From the NCBI GenBank assembly GCA_001599295.1, contig BCGN01000001.1, positions 2,356,001 through 2,420,000 of the forward strand: a stretch of 64,000 nucleotides of DNA, in the 5' to 3' direction. Under the pieces are notes generated by a model that made no database searches, was not told the DNA's origin, and was given only the letters and a program-made list of their open reading frames with translations. A program made the position numbers and the translations under genes. Position 1 is the first letter of the stretch, and each line of letters opens with the position of its first letter. Source of the stretch: Sporopachydermia quercuum (Eukaryota). Shown here one piece after another: positions 24,258 through 34,647 of this stretch.

Positions 24258-26114
24258 TCAGTTGTAGATCCATTGTGAATAAATGTTTGCTAATTCAATG
24301 ATCAACTTCTTCAGCTTCTCGCCAATCGACCAAAAGCTTTGACCCAGTATTTCTGACCACTTTTCAAGAATACTGAAAATACACTTTACAATATCTTGAG
24401 AGCTTATATTATACGTTGCCGAACTTTCGTTACTGATCAATTTTTGGAATTCAGCTTTGTTGATTTCATTGGATTCTAATACGTTGCTTCCAACATGAAG
24501 TAACCATTTGGTGACCAATATTACTCTATGAAATGTTGCCACAGATGCTTCTAAACTGGTAACATGAATATCATAATATTGTTGTGAACCATTCACCAAT
24601 AAGTCACACATTGCTATCATATAATCGTGATCAAATTGTTGTTCTTGTCTGATATAATCCTTGAAAACCTCTAAATCTTGGGCTGTTATCTCAGTAAAGG
24701 GATCCAGTGGTACCATATTGTAAGGAACTTCGATTCCCGTTAGATGATTGATTGCCGAGATCAGTAAAGAAGAGGATTTGTCCAGGACATTCTGAAAGCT
24801 ATGGTTTTCAGTTCTATCTCTACTGAAAAAGCAGAGCCCTGGAAAAATTGACTCTAGTATACTTGTTGTTAGATCATTGGGTTTATTATATATTGTGCAT
24901 TCAGTGTAATTCTGTTGAACTACCAAGAGGTATGAAATAAACCCATGCGTTAATACATGAGAAGCAAAGGATGAGTCTTTCTCAATAGATCTAATCTCAG
25001 ATAAAGGTTTTTGAGAACTAAACAAAATCTCGTTCATTACTGAGTCATAACACACAAGATTGGGAGATTGAAATTTTATAGTTCTCAGCCATTCCTTCTC
25101 AGTTTCTGCATTCCAAATTTCGTCTTTGTCAGGCAACGAAAAATGGAAGTTGCCTGTGAAACCCATGTATGACTCTCCCGACACTATAGAACGTCTTCTC
25201 TCTAATAGCATATAGCTCCAAAATAATCGTCTATATGACTCTTCTATCAACCAAATGTCCCAGGATGCATTTCTAGTAGGTTCGGCGTACAATTTCCTGA
25301 CTTTTCTTTCAATCATCATTGCATCAAAATTATCATAATTTCTACCTTCTTTACCAAAAATATTAGTCCATTTCAACGTTTGATAAAGAAACTTAGCCTG
25401 ATGAAAAGGGAGTTCTGCTGCATCAAAAGTGTTGTTTTTCTTTTCTTTATTGTTATGCACATAGATACTGAACATGTTGGCTAATTCAGTTAATTTTGTT
25501 ATAATTTGTTGCTCTTTAAACTCCATTGAACTAATAAGACTAAGTACTATGAGAAGAAAGGCAATATTCACATCTCTGGCATTTACTATACAGGAATCCT
25601 CGGATAGAAGATCGCTGCAATTTTTTTTTATTGACAAAGGATGTATAAGCGGAAAATAATCGTTGAAACTGGACTTTGGTGACAAGCTGAAATAGAATTC
25701 AATATAGTAAGAAAAATCTATTTCTTCCAAGTTCCAAGAGAAGTTTATATTGTCGACACAACTGATTTGTAAATACCTAATTATGTGAAGGAGCCTGCTT
25801 TGATGGTTTGGCGTAAAACCAATCTGATGGCTGGAAATGCTATACTGGTGACTTGTATTGAATTCTGGATCATTGTTTATCTGATTTTGACTATGAGTGA
25901 AAGAAGTTGAGCCTGGGGATAAACTAAAAGCGAAGACTGGATATTTAATTGGATCTACAGAAAGTAGCATATTTCTATAATCCTTACCATTTGAACAATG
26001 AAAAATATCTTCTCCACATTTTGACGAGAATGGATCATTTGAAGAAACCAAGTCTCTTTCTATCCTTGATTTCTTTCTGTTGATAGAAATTGGTGTTAAA
26101 GGTCGTTTCATCAT
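24258..26114 (-). CDS. Fungal transcription-factor-like protein (Fungal_trans/MHR-type region) with no visible DNA-binding domain
   Basis: YF...FNDYFPLIHP; WDIWLIEESYRRLFW; LPDKDEIWNAETEKEW resemble fungal TF middle regions; first ATG at 26114. Confidence 0.6.
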   Translation of the reverse strand: MMKRPLTPISINRKKSRIERDLVSSNDPFSSKCGEDIFHCSNGKDYRNMLLSVDPIKYPVFAFSLSPGSTSFTHSQNQINNDPEFNTSHQYSISSHQIGFTPNHQSRLLHIIRYLQISCVDNINFSWNLEEIDFSYYIEFYFSLSPKSSFNDYFPLIHPLSIKKNCSDLLSEDSCIVNARDVNIAFLLIVLSLISSMEFKEQQIITKLTELANMFSIYVHNNKEKKNNTFDAAELPFHQAKFLYQTLKWTNIFGKEGRNYDNFDAMMIERKVRKLYAEPTRNASWDIWLIEESYRRLFWSYMLLERRRSIVSGESYMGFTGNFHFSLPDKDEIWNAETEKEWLRTIKFQSPNLVCYDSVMNEILFSSQKPLSEIRSIEKDSSFASHVLTHGFISYLLVVQQNYTECTIYNKPNDLTTSILESIFPGLCFFSRDRTENHSFQNVLDKSSSLLISAINHLTGIEVPYNMVPLDPFTEITAQDLEVFKDYIRQEQQFDHDYMIAMCDLLVNGSQQYYDIHVTSLEASVATFHRVILVTKWLLHVGSNVLESNEINKAEFQKLISNESSATYNISSQDIVKCIFSILEKWSEILGQSFWSIGEKLKKLIIELANIYSQWIYN

Positions 26115-26480
26115 TGTCGCCAGTCCAGTGGATTCCTCTAACAGGTTCACAGATACAGAGTTGTAGTCTAATATCTTTTATCCCATGATTGTGGTTGCTC
26201 AATGATAACTTACTGGTTTGGAAAGGATAGAATGTAAACTATCACCCAATCAAGAACCAGTTGTTCTTGCTTTCATATATTCTCATATTTCCTTGTTTCT
26301 TGACTTAACAAAGGCCAAGAACAGAAAGCTAAATACAGATAAAGATACACAATCTATTTGTTAATAGTAGTTCTATGTTATAAATGCAAAGAATACACTG
26401 AACGAAGCCTGAGCCATTAAGCTACTAGGGTTCATCATTTAAAGTTAATGTTCCATCACTTTTTTTGTAAACCTTATGTT

Positions 26481-26610
26481 ATTTTTATACTAAATCCCCG
26501 CAAACACTATCCTTCCACCTCCTTTTAGCTTTGAGAGAACTCGCTTATTGTAACTTAATATAGCGGACATTATCTCACCTTTATCGTTTCCGGATCTCTT
26601 CTATACCGGA
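26481..26610. promoter_or_regulatory. Mig1/CreA-like site and paired CCGGA motifs in a divergent promoter
   Basis: AT-rich box + CCCCGC at 26496-26501; CCGGA at 26590 and 26606. Confidence 0.35.
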
Positions 26611-26802
26611 ATCTACCACAATCCTTCTCTTGCAAGCAACTCCTTCTCTATTATCCTTTTCACGTAAATCAAAAACAGACGGTTATGACAGGATCATACA
26701 CTATAAGAACTCTTAAGAAGAATATATTGGCACCAGATATACTATGAAATAACATATGTTATAATTGTAACGCCTTTCTCAATGATATGATGTGTCCTCA
26801 TT

Positions 26803-28400
26803 ATGGAAAACAATGATAAGCCTTGCTCAGTGAAACTATGGACAGTACGTGTATCTTTCTCCTTTTAACCTTTAAATGATCAATATAACACCTCGTTGGG
26901 CGTGCTGATCATTAACAATATGCCAAGAATCTCCAATTCCTTTTAACTAACATGATCTGGCAGTTATTTAGTGAGTTTGAACAATCTGCTGTCGATGGAC
27001 CTTCTCTCTCCTGTCATTCAAACTCATTGTCATCTTCTAGTAGTAGATTCACTCAGTTGATAGCTGATACTACCAACAAACCCAATCGTGATAAATATCT
27101 ACTGAACGAAATCCTTTTGTTCATTGTTCCCGTAATAAAATCTCAAATATGTTCATCTGATAAAACTCTTGATGACTCTACTTCAATATATCAATTATCA
27201 GTTGATTTCCTTCAATGCTCATTATGTATGATCTATGATTGTGACTTCTCATGGGGTTTACGGGATGTATGGGAATACACGTCATATGCGGATTTTATTT
27301 CTTATAAAACATTGGGAAGAAAAGAAGTTTTGTCTTTGTATTATCAATTGATACTAAAGCTGATTGATAGGCTGAAACTAGCTATAAAACAAACTATTGT
27401 TGATGCATCAAATGGTGCAATTGATAATACCGTTCTTATCGTAGTCGAACAGCAACCAGAGACAAAAGAGCAAGAAACCAATGATCAGATAAAACTGAAC
27501 GCATCAGAGAACGAACTTCTCATTTCAGAAAGTTTACTATGGGATTTAACACAATGTTGTATGAGTTATATTGTAGTNCTTTCTCTTTCACCTCCTGTAC
27601 AGCAACATGAAATAGCCAATTCACCATCCGTGGACTATTTATCAAGTTGGAGAACATTCTCCAATGTAAACAGCTTAAAGAAACTTATAGACAACACAGG
27701 TAACAACATCATCAAATACTCCTCATATATGCTAGCAAAAGAACTAAAGGACCATCATAAATGCTTCTTTTATCTACAAGAAACCGATAGATCATTAATA
27801 CCTATGACGAAAGTAAAACAGCGTACTGCTGCTGGAAGTTTGCTTTCATCTTCTACAACCAATAACAACCAATTAATGCTAGAAACGATATACGAACCGA
27901 AATATAAAACTTTTAAGGAGATTGATATCAACAGTGCTATTATTATTAACCATCATTCATTACGTGCAGCTAAGCTCTCTGCTGTGGTACTGCACAATCT
28001 ATCTACTCTGTATTATGAAGCAAGAGAGAACTCCATTTGTAGTGAATCATTTGCAAGCTTGGCAACAAGTTTAAAGTACCTGGAGATGAATTTTGGTTGT
28101 GAAAAATTACTATTTACAACCTGGGATATTCAATTTGATAGATTTCTGGCAAATGATAGAATTTATAATAGTAAATATGATGGTAATAATAGAGAGCAAC
28201 ACTTGAATAGTTCAGCTAGTGGTGGTAGTTGTGGTGGTTCTGTTATTTCGCTATACTCGCATTTCCCTCAAAGATGGAATCATTTGATTGATACGTTCTA
28301 TCTATTTCTTTCTACTGGAGAACATAAAGGATATAGTAGAAATAAGTATACCACTTACACTGTTGTTACAAGACAATGGCAAGAACATGAATTAGAATGA
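26803..28400 (+). CDS. Hypothetical protein; exons 26803-26844 and 26964-28400
   Basis: Long ORF; predicted intron 26845-26963 (GTACGT...ACTAAC...CAG) joins MENNDKPCSVKLWT to LFSEFEQ in frame. Confidence 0.65.
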
Positions 28401-28495
28401 TAATCACTATAAGGTAACAGTAATAGTATATTTTGTATCTACTTCATTCCTATTTCCCTTCTTTGAAATAGTCTTTCATAAAATCGTAGTGTTCC

Positions 28496-31400
28496 TTATA
28501 GTAAACTTCTCATGAATCCGTCATATTCATTATCACAAGTTCTGCAGTATTTAAACAGATTTTCACTGCCAGGATACAATTCATCTATTTTACCAATAAA
28601 GCCATCAACGGTTAAGGTGCTCGAATTTAGCTGTTTGCCTTCGCTATCCGATAATCCAGCTAAAAGCTCTGATCTAACAAAATTACACCGGTGAACTTCC
28701 GCTAAGAGCCAATTTTTCCATTCTCCGTACACTAACTCTTCTTCAAGTTTGTTGAGCACGGCCAGCTCGGTTAGTAGTCTGTTTCTGGATATTCCAAGCT
28801 CGTGATACATGAGGCGGAGTTGCTGCGCCACTGCTCTTGCTGCTGGGTCGTCGGCAAAGCCACTCCAAGAATCTGATGTCAGTGATCCATCGGAATAGTC
28901 TACAACACTAACAAATGACTCCTCCCGGTATTTCGCGTAACATAAAGAATCCTCGGGGCTTTCCGAAGTAGGTAGATAGCTTTCCCAAGATTTATTCCGA
29001 ACCGATGTTAAGTAGTCATTAGCATCGGCTATATGAACAGCACGTGACATTGTTCCTGGTTCAAGTTTACCAAATTGACTTGCAGCTTTGACCAAATTCC
29101 GACCTCGGAGTTGCTGCGACACCATTTGGCCTCCCAAATAGGCATTCATTATCACCGAGACCGCCAAAAGTACTATTAGTACAACATTAGCACTAACGGA
29201 CTGCCAAATCGCCGAAGCAGCTTTTCCACCTAGAATTAGAATTCCCGAGACTAGACTTAAAATCCAACTGTATGCAATCTCAAAGATTATTCTTAAAGCG
29301 CAACGCTGTGTAATTACAAATGCTTGGAACGGAATAACAATTGGGGCCGAGGATGTCCCGATATCGGACTTACCGATATGTCCAAAATACCGGATCGCTC
29401 TTAAGGTTCGACCGTGGAGCCCTAATCGGGTAGAGAATCTTCCTACTACGGAAGTTAACTTTTTGGCATCCTTTTCTAATAGTTTCAGTAAAACCTTATG
29501 AATGATCCCGTTAACCAAAGAGGAAGAGTTTGCGCCCCAATAGATTTGATGCCAGATTTGAAATCGGCAGCTTAATTTACCGATTGCGGTGATAACGTAT
29601 CGGGTAGTTGTTTCCGACGTATCACCTACCGGAAGTTGCCATGGTACTTGCCGATCTTTCACTATGTACACGTAATTTTCTCGTATGATTTCCACGGTTT
29701 GCGTATTCCGACTGTCACCGATTTTAACCGAGGTTCCCTCTTTAGGCTGTGAAACTAGTTCATATGCTAAGACCCGTTCTAATTGACCGGCTTTATTTGG
29801 TTGCCATGGTGTTTGCTCATACTTAACATCGGAATTGGCAGCTAAAACCGATTGGAACACAGGTGATTTATCTCCGAACAATAAATGGAATAACGCTTTA
29901 GCTGGAATGTCATATAATTGTGAATATGACAACTGATCCATTGTTTTAGTGAAATCGGTTGAGATTTTATCCTGGTTTTCTTCTGCATTCGCCGAATTAG
30001 GGTTAGATTTTTCGCCATTTCCTGTTTGAGAACTACCGGACCGATTTACTACAGCAGCTTCCTGATTAGGACCGCCCGATTCTGTTTTCACATCAAAGTA
30101 TTTGGGATGCCATCTTCCGCTGTCGGGCAACACTTCTCCTTTAACTGAACCTTCCAAAATAGAAATCATCTCGGCAACACCCTTCCGAGGCTGAGCCACT
30201 GAATTAGCCACTAGAAGACTCAGTTTTCTTTGAATCTCTTCTCCGGAATCCAAAAACGTCCGACATCTCAAAACTACCCCTCTTATATCGTAAATTTTCA
30301 GTACATCATAATTATCTTCCGCATATCCCTCAATACTAACTACATCTGATAATGACTTTTTAAGCAATGACACAAAGCCACAGGTGTTCATGTAAATATA
30401 CAAATTAGTGACTGTGGCAAAGCACAACGATGCCAATTCCTGTTTAGGATTGGGGGCCCAAAGTCCCCGGAAGGCAAATATTGTGTATTCATCGTCACTT
30501 TCGTCAACCAAATTTTCAAACAATGCCTTCATTTGGATGTCTAATGGCCAAAGGTAGCTTGGGTAATATTCGGGAAAATAGGAACCGTACATTTTGTCTA
30601 GAGCGGAAGATTTTCCACTTGAGGTTATTGTGACCAACTCGCGGATCGGTTCACGGAACTGGGGAACTGGGGTTCGGAAGTCTTCTTCCCCAGGATCAAA
30701 TCTTTTATAGTGCGAAACACCTTCGGTATCCGTTTGAGCCCCTGTGAGAGCATACAAAAGCCCCCAATTAACGGAACCCCAGATATTAGCGGTCAGGGCG
30801 TTCGGAATAGATCCCGGGGAGGAGAAAAGGTGGGCAATAATTGCTGATTGACTCATTGCCGTTCTTAAAGGCGTAGAGAGCGCCACTGCTCGGATGGTTG
30901 TTTCTATACCCGGAGTTGAGCTAATTGCTGCATTTGGCACTGTGGCTCCTGACAAAGAGTCTGTTGAGAAACGTGGAGTTGCTATTGAGTCAAACTGTGA
31001 ATTGTTGCCAGATGGATCGGGTGCCATGTCCGCATTAGCGCCTCCGAAAGTGCCGCTGAGACCGGTAAGGGAGGCGTCAATTCTACCCGAAAACATAGGT
31101 TCCAAAGTCGAATGAACTGCGGTAACCGCTGTGGAATTCATGATGGTTGCCAACGGAGACGTCGTCGTTGCAGAAGAGTTCGGAACAACCGAACTAATCC
31201 ATTTGTTCTGCCGAGCAATCGTCGTTTTAACATCCGTTAACTCCGTATCTGAAGTAGAGTTAACTGAATCAGCAAAATCCTGTAGTAACGGTGGGTGACG
31301 GCTGAATCCGTGGGCGGTTACGGCATCCCCATCAGCAACAACCCTTTTCTTCTCCTCAGCAAAACATCGGAGCCAGCTAGCTACACCTCTAGGGGATTCT

Positions 31401-32602
31401 GCTTGGAATATAACAGTCGACTCCATGGTTTTCAAAGCAAAACAGCAGCGGCGGTCTTCCTCGGAAGCAAACTCGGCAGAACAAAGCAAAACTCCAATTT
31501 TATCAGTTTCCTGAACATAAGTTGCCGATGGAGACGGAACCAGAAGTCCGAATAAGCCGTTTTTAATAAATGCCCATCTCCGAACCCAAACGGTATGGGA
31601 AGGTTTACCAACAAACGTTTTCATAAACAACCAGCCATGCCTTTCTCGGAAAGAAGTCTCTGGTTCTTTTTCCACTATAGAAATCGCTGTGGGGAGAGCA
31701 CTAGGACCATAAGCTGATATTTCTCTGCTTGGAGCATGCGTTTGTTGAGTAGTTTCTTCTACCTGTTTTCGAGCTGCCAGCATGTCATCCCTAACAGAAG
31801 CAGAACTTGACATCATTGCTTCATTCCAAGCTTGTAGTTTTTTCATTGTTGTGATTACAGCCTGTATTTCTGGGTGTTTTGGAGCAAAATATCTCATAGA
31901 AGGTCTAGACCAAAAAGAACTAGTAATAGTACATATAGAGGAATCCAGAGCTCTCTGTAAATCCGAAACTGAAACGCATAGATCAAGCGAGAGTTGTATA
32001 TATTGGTTCCGAACCTCGGATAAGCGGAAAGCGTCTTCCCTTAAAGCTGAGGGTTCTTTGTTCTTTGATTGCGCTGCAAAACGGGATAATTGCATGTCAT
32101 ATTTTGCTTGTGCTGCTTCGAATAGTTTCCGGGTTTCTTTGAAGAACCGGAACTCATTTCGGGTCAGTGAAATCAGCGGAAGAATGGTTTTGGTCTCATC
32201 GATGCTTAGTAATGTGAAGAGTTCCTGTGAGAATACTTGAGCCGCTAGAGATGTTTGTCTCATACCAACAGCAGTGTAGTTCTGATCAAATAAACCATGG
32301 TTAAAAAAATCAATTGGAAACTGTTCTGATAGTGCAGAGGCTATCTCCGATAATTCAGATACTTGCTGTGGTATTTTCCGAAGAATTTTAACTGTTGATT
32401 CAATCCATTGTTCGATTCGTTCAATTTGATCTGAGCAGTTAGTAGCATAAGTTCTAAAAGAAGGAGAGTCTAACGCAGCTTCTTTCAAAGTAACAGAAAC
32501 CATTCTAATCAAAGGAACTTTAGGAATAGCTACAGAGGAACTTCCCAAACCTGAATCAACAGCAAGGTTTTCATTCTTGGTTTCAGAAGCCATCGTGTGC
32601 AT
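28496..32602 (-). CDS. SIP3: Sip3/Lam1-family BAR-PH-StARkin sterol-transfer contact-site protein
   Basis: LKEAALDSPSFR BAR start; PH domain (GWLFMK...WVRRWAF...EEDRRCCF); ANIWGSVNW; AKALFHLLFGDKS StART-like domain; C-terminal TM. Confidence 0.9.
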   Translation of the reverse strand: MHTMASETKNENLAVDSGLGSSSVAIPKVPLIRMVSVTLKEAALDSPSFRTYATNCSDQIERIEQWIESTVKILRKIPQQVSELSEIASALSEQFPIDFFNHGLFDQNYTAVGMRQTSLAAQVFSQELFTLLSIDETKTILPLISLTRNEFRFFKETRKLFEAAQAKYDMQLSRFAAQSKNKEPSALREDAFRLSEVRNQYIQLSLDLCVSVSDLQRALDSSICTITSSFWSRPSMRYFAPKHPEIQAVITTMKKLQAWNEAMMSSSASVRDDMLAARKQVEETTQQTHAPSREISAYGPSALPTAISIVEKEPETSFRERHGWLFMKTFVGKPSHTVWVRRWAFIKNGLFGLLVPSPSATYVQETDKIGVLLCSAEFASEEDRRCCFALKTMESTVIFQAESPRGVASWLRCFAEEKKRVVADGDAVTAHGFSRHPPLLQDFADSVNSTSDTELTDVKTTIARQNKWISSVVPNSSATTTSPLATIMNSTAVTAVHSTLEPMFSGRIDASLTGLSGTFGGANADMAPDPSGNNSQFDSIATPRFSTDSLSGATVPNAAISSTPGIETTIRAVALSTPLRTAMSQSAIIAHLFSSPGSIPNALTANIWGSVNWGLLYALTGAQTDTEGVSHYKRFDPGEEDFRTPVPQFREPIRELVTITSSGKSSALDKMYGSYFPEYYPSYLWPLDIQMKALFENLVDESDDEYTIFAFRGLWAPNPKQELASLCFATVTNLYIYMNTCGFVSLLKKSLSDVVSIEGYAEDNYDVLKIYDIRGVVLRCRTFLDSGEEIQRKLSLLVANSVAQPRKGVAEMISILEGSVKGEVLPDSGRWHPKYFDVKTESGGPNQEAAVVNRSGSSQTGNGEKSNPNSANAEENQDKISTDFTKTMDQLSYSQLYDIPAKALFHLLFGDKSPVFQSVLAANSDVKYEQTPWQPNKAGQLERVLAYELVSQPKEGTSVKIGDSRNTQTVEIIRENYVYIVKDRQVPWQLPVGDTSETTTRYVITAIGKLSCRFQIWHQIYWGANSSSLVNGIIHKVLLKLLEKDAKKLTSVVGRFSTRLGLHGRTLRAIRYFGHIGKSDIGTSSAPIVIPFQAFVITQRCALRIIFEIAYSWILSLVSGILILGGKAASAIWQSVSANVVLIVLLAVSVIMNAYLGGQMVSQQLRGRNLVKAASQFGKLEPGTMSRAVHIADANDYLTSVRNKSWESYLPTSESPEDSLCYAKYREESFVSVVDYSDGSLTSDSWSGFADDPAARAVAQQLRLMYHELGISRNRLLTELAVLNKLEEELVYGEWKNWLLAEVHRCNFVRSELLAGLSDSEGKQLNSSTLTVDGFIGKIDELYPGSENLFKYCRTCDNEYDGFMRSLL

Positions 32603-34647
32603 CTATTACTTCTGTTTTCAATGGTGTTACGTATTATCGTGATAGTGCAACTTTCTGGACAGGATGGTTACGATAAGGCTAATTCAGAACACTAAACAAA
32701 CAAATTGATGTTAATTAAAGGATATCTTTAATAACATTAAAACACAAGGGAGAGTTTCAAGCCATTTTTGTTATTTTCAAAGTAGTAAAGCATCGACAAT
32801 GGCTGTCTGCTGATGGCTGGTTTAACTGTAGGTTACACAAGACATGCTTTGTGATATGATGATGGGTTGTGATGTGATGTGGGAAAGCTGGGCCGAGCCT
32901 CATTTTGGATTGTGAGGAAAAGGAAATGTGGCTCTCTGTACGAAAAGGGAAATTAGTGGAGTGGTATTATTTAAGATGATGTGAATAGAAAAGTGGAGAC
33001 TTGTTTTGTGTTGGAGGGGATAACAGAAGATCTATATAATGTGATTACAGTTACGCGGAGGAAGGAAAATTTACACGCAATTTGGAAAATTCTTTGGGTA
33101 TTTAAATTGAGGATTCCTGCTGTTTGATAGCTTATTCTTATAGTCGTAGTGTACTAGTAAGCAATGGAGAGAAAGGATGGAATTTGCTGTTAAAAATAAN
33201 GGTAACAGTTTTAAATATCATTCGTTGATTTTTGCAGAATTATTCTGCAAAAGCCGTTTTTTCGTTGATTCGGTTGTTCTTTCTATTCTGGCTTCTGTGA
33301 TGGTTAGACGTTAGTTTACAACATTTACTGAACCTAGGGCCATTCGTTTGACATTTTTCATGAGCTTTCTGCGGTAATTCGGATCAATTGATAGCATAGC
33401 AACTAGAAAATAGTAAATTCTTGAAAAGTAAGTGCCAATGGTTATATACAATATGGTATGATCCACGCATCTAATGCTAGGTGATCAGATGATGAAAACG
33501 TTTACTCAGCTCACTCAGAGTTTATACAGTGCTGATAACCTATCCTAATCCAACTCATCTTATCTGACTTGATTACTTGGCAGTAATTGTGTTGATTGTA
33601 TTCAATTGTGATTTCTTTTTGCGAGGTTATCACGTTACTAACTTGTAATAATAGTTTGTATGGAATAGTGTAGATTTTATAATTGACTTATCTCTTGATG
33701 ATTCACCATAGTTCCAATATCATTGTTGCATAGATCGTAATATGAGATGAGGAGTGGATGTTTTGCGTCTGAAATCCCCTAGATTTTTTGCTTTAGTAGA
33801 TGAGTGAAACGTTGCTCTAAGATGAAACAGCTGGAAGTTTTGTAGGAGCAGGCATTATATGTGATACAATTGTTAGAATTAATCGACCAGGCAATAAAAA
33901 CAACAGTGAATTGAATCAATAACCTCACAAATGAGTTTTATAGAATGAAGCTTACTATTGGTGAATTATATCCAAATTGTATAACTCAGAACGTGCTCAG
34001 AGTATGTCTTTACCCTCCGTGTGAATGGATCATAGATCCAACTTGACCATGCTGTTGTTATCCTTATCACCCACCACAATCTCGATTTTTCAGCTTTACG
34101 TTTTCTGCCGNACTTTCTTCCTTCAATACTTTATTGTTCGATTTTTCCTGTGATACCTTTTGTTATTTCATTCCCTGCACGAACTATCCCATCTATCAAT
34201 AGCCCATCATTCTCTATGATCACATCATCGCTGAATGAACTTCACTAGAACCTTATCTCATCACTTTCTGATGATGTAATATTCAAATCCCTATTTCTCT
34301 TTCCGATCGCCATTTGATGAGTTAATCGTTTTTCATTCTTGTTCACTTTCTTACTATTAGATTCTTGGTTATTAATATGAATAATTCGTCCGCATATAGT
34401 CTTATTGATCAGCAATTTCTTGTGAAATTGCTTCTGTTGTTGCTCACAATTGACTTGTTGATCTTTGCTTTCTGTTCCATAAGAAACTATGTGGAAGTTA
34501 CAATCAGCGTAGCTTTGGACAACAACACTCATCAAGCTCATAGCAAAGGGATCATTATATATTTCAATCATTCATTTGTTATTGAACTCACAATTGAATC
34601 ACATCAGCTACTAATACATGTAGTTAATTAAACTCCAAACTTTCAAA

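Noticed and set aside
33489..33570. C/D box snoRNA-like ATGATGA...CTGA
   Set aside because: No convincing terminal stem or antisense rRNA guide.
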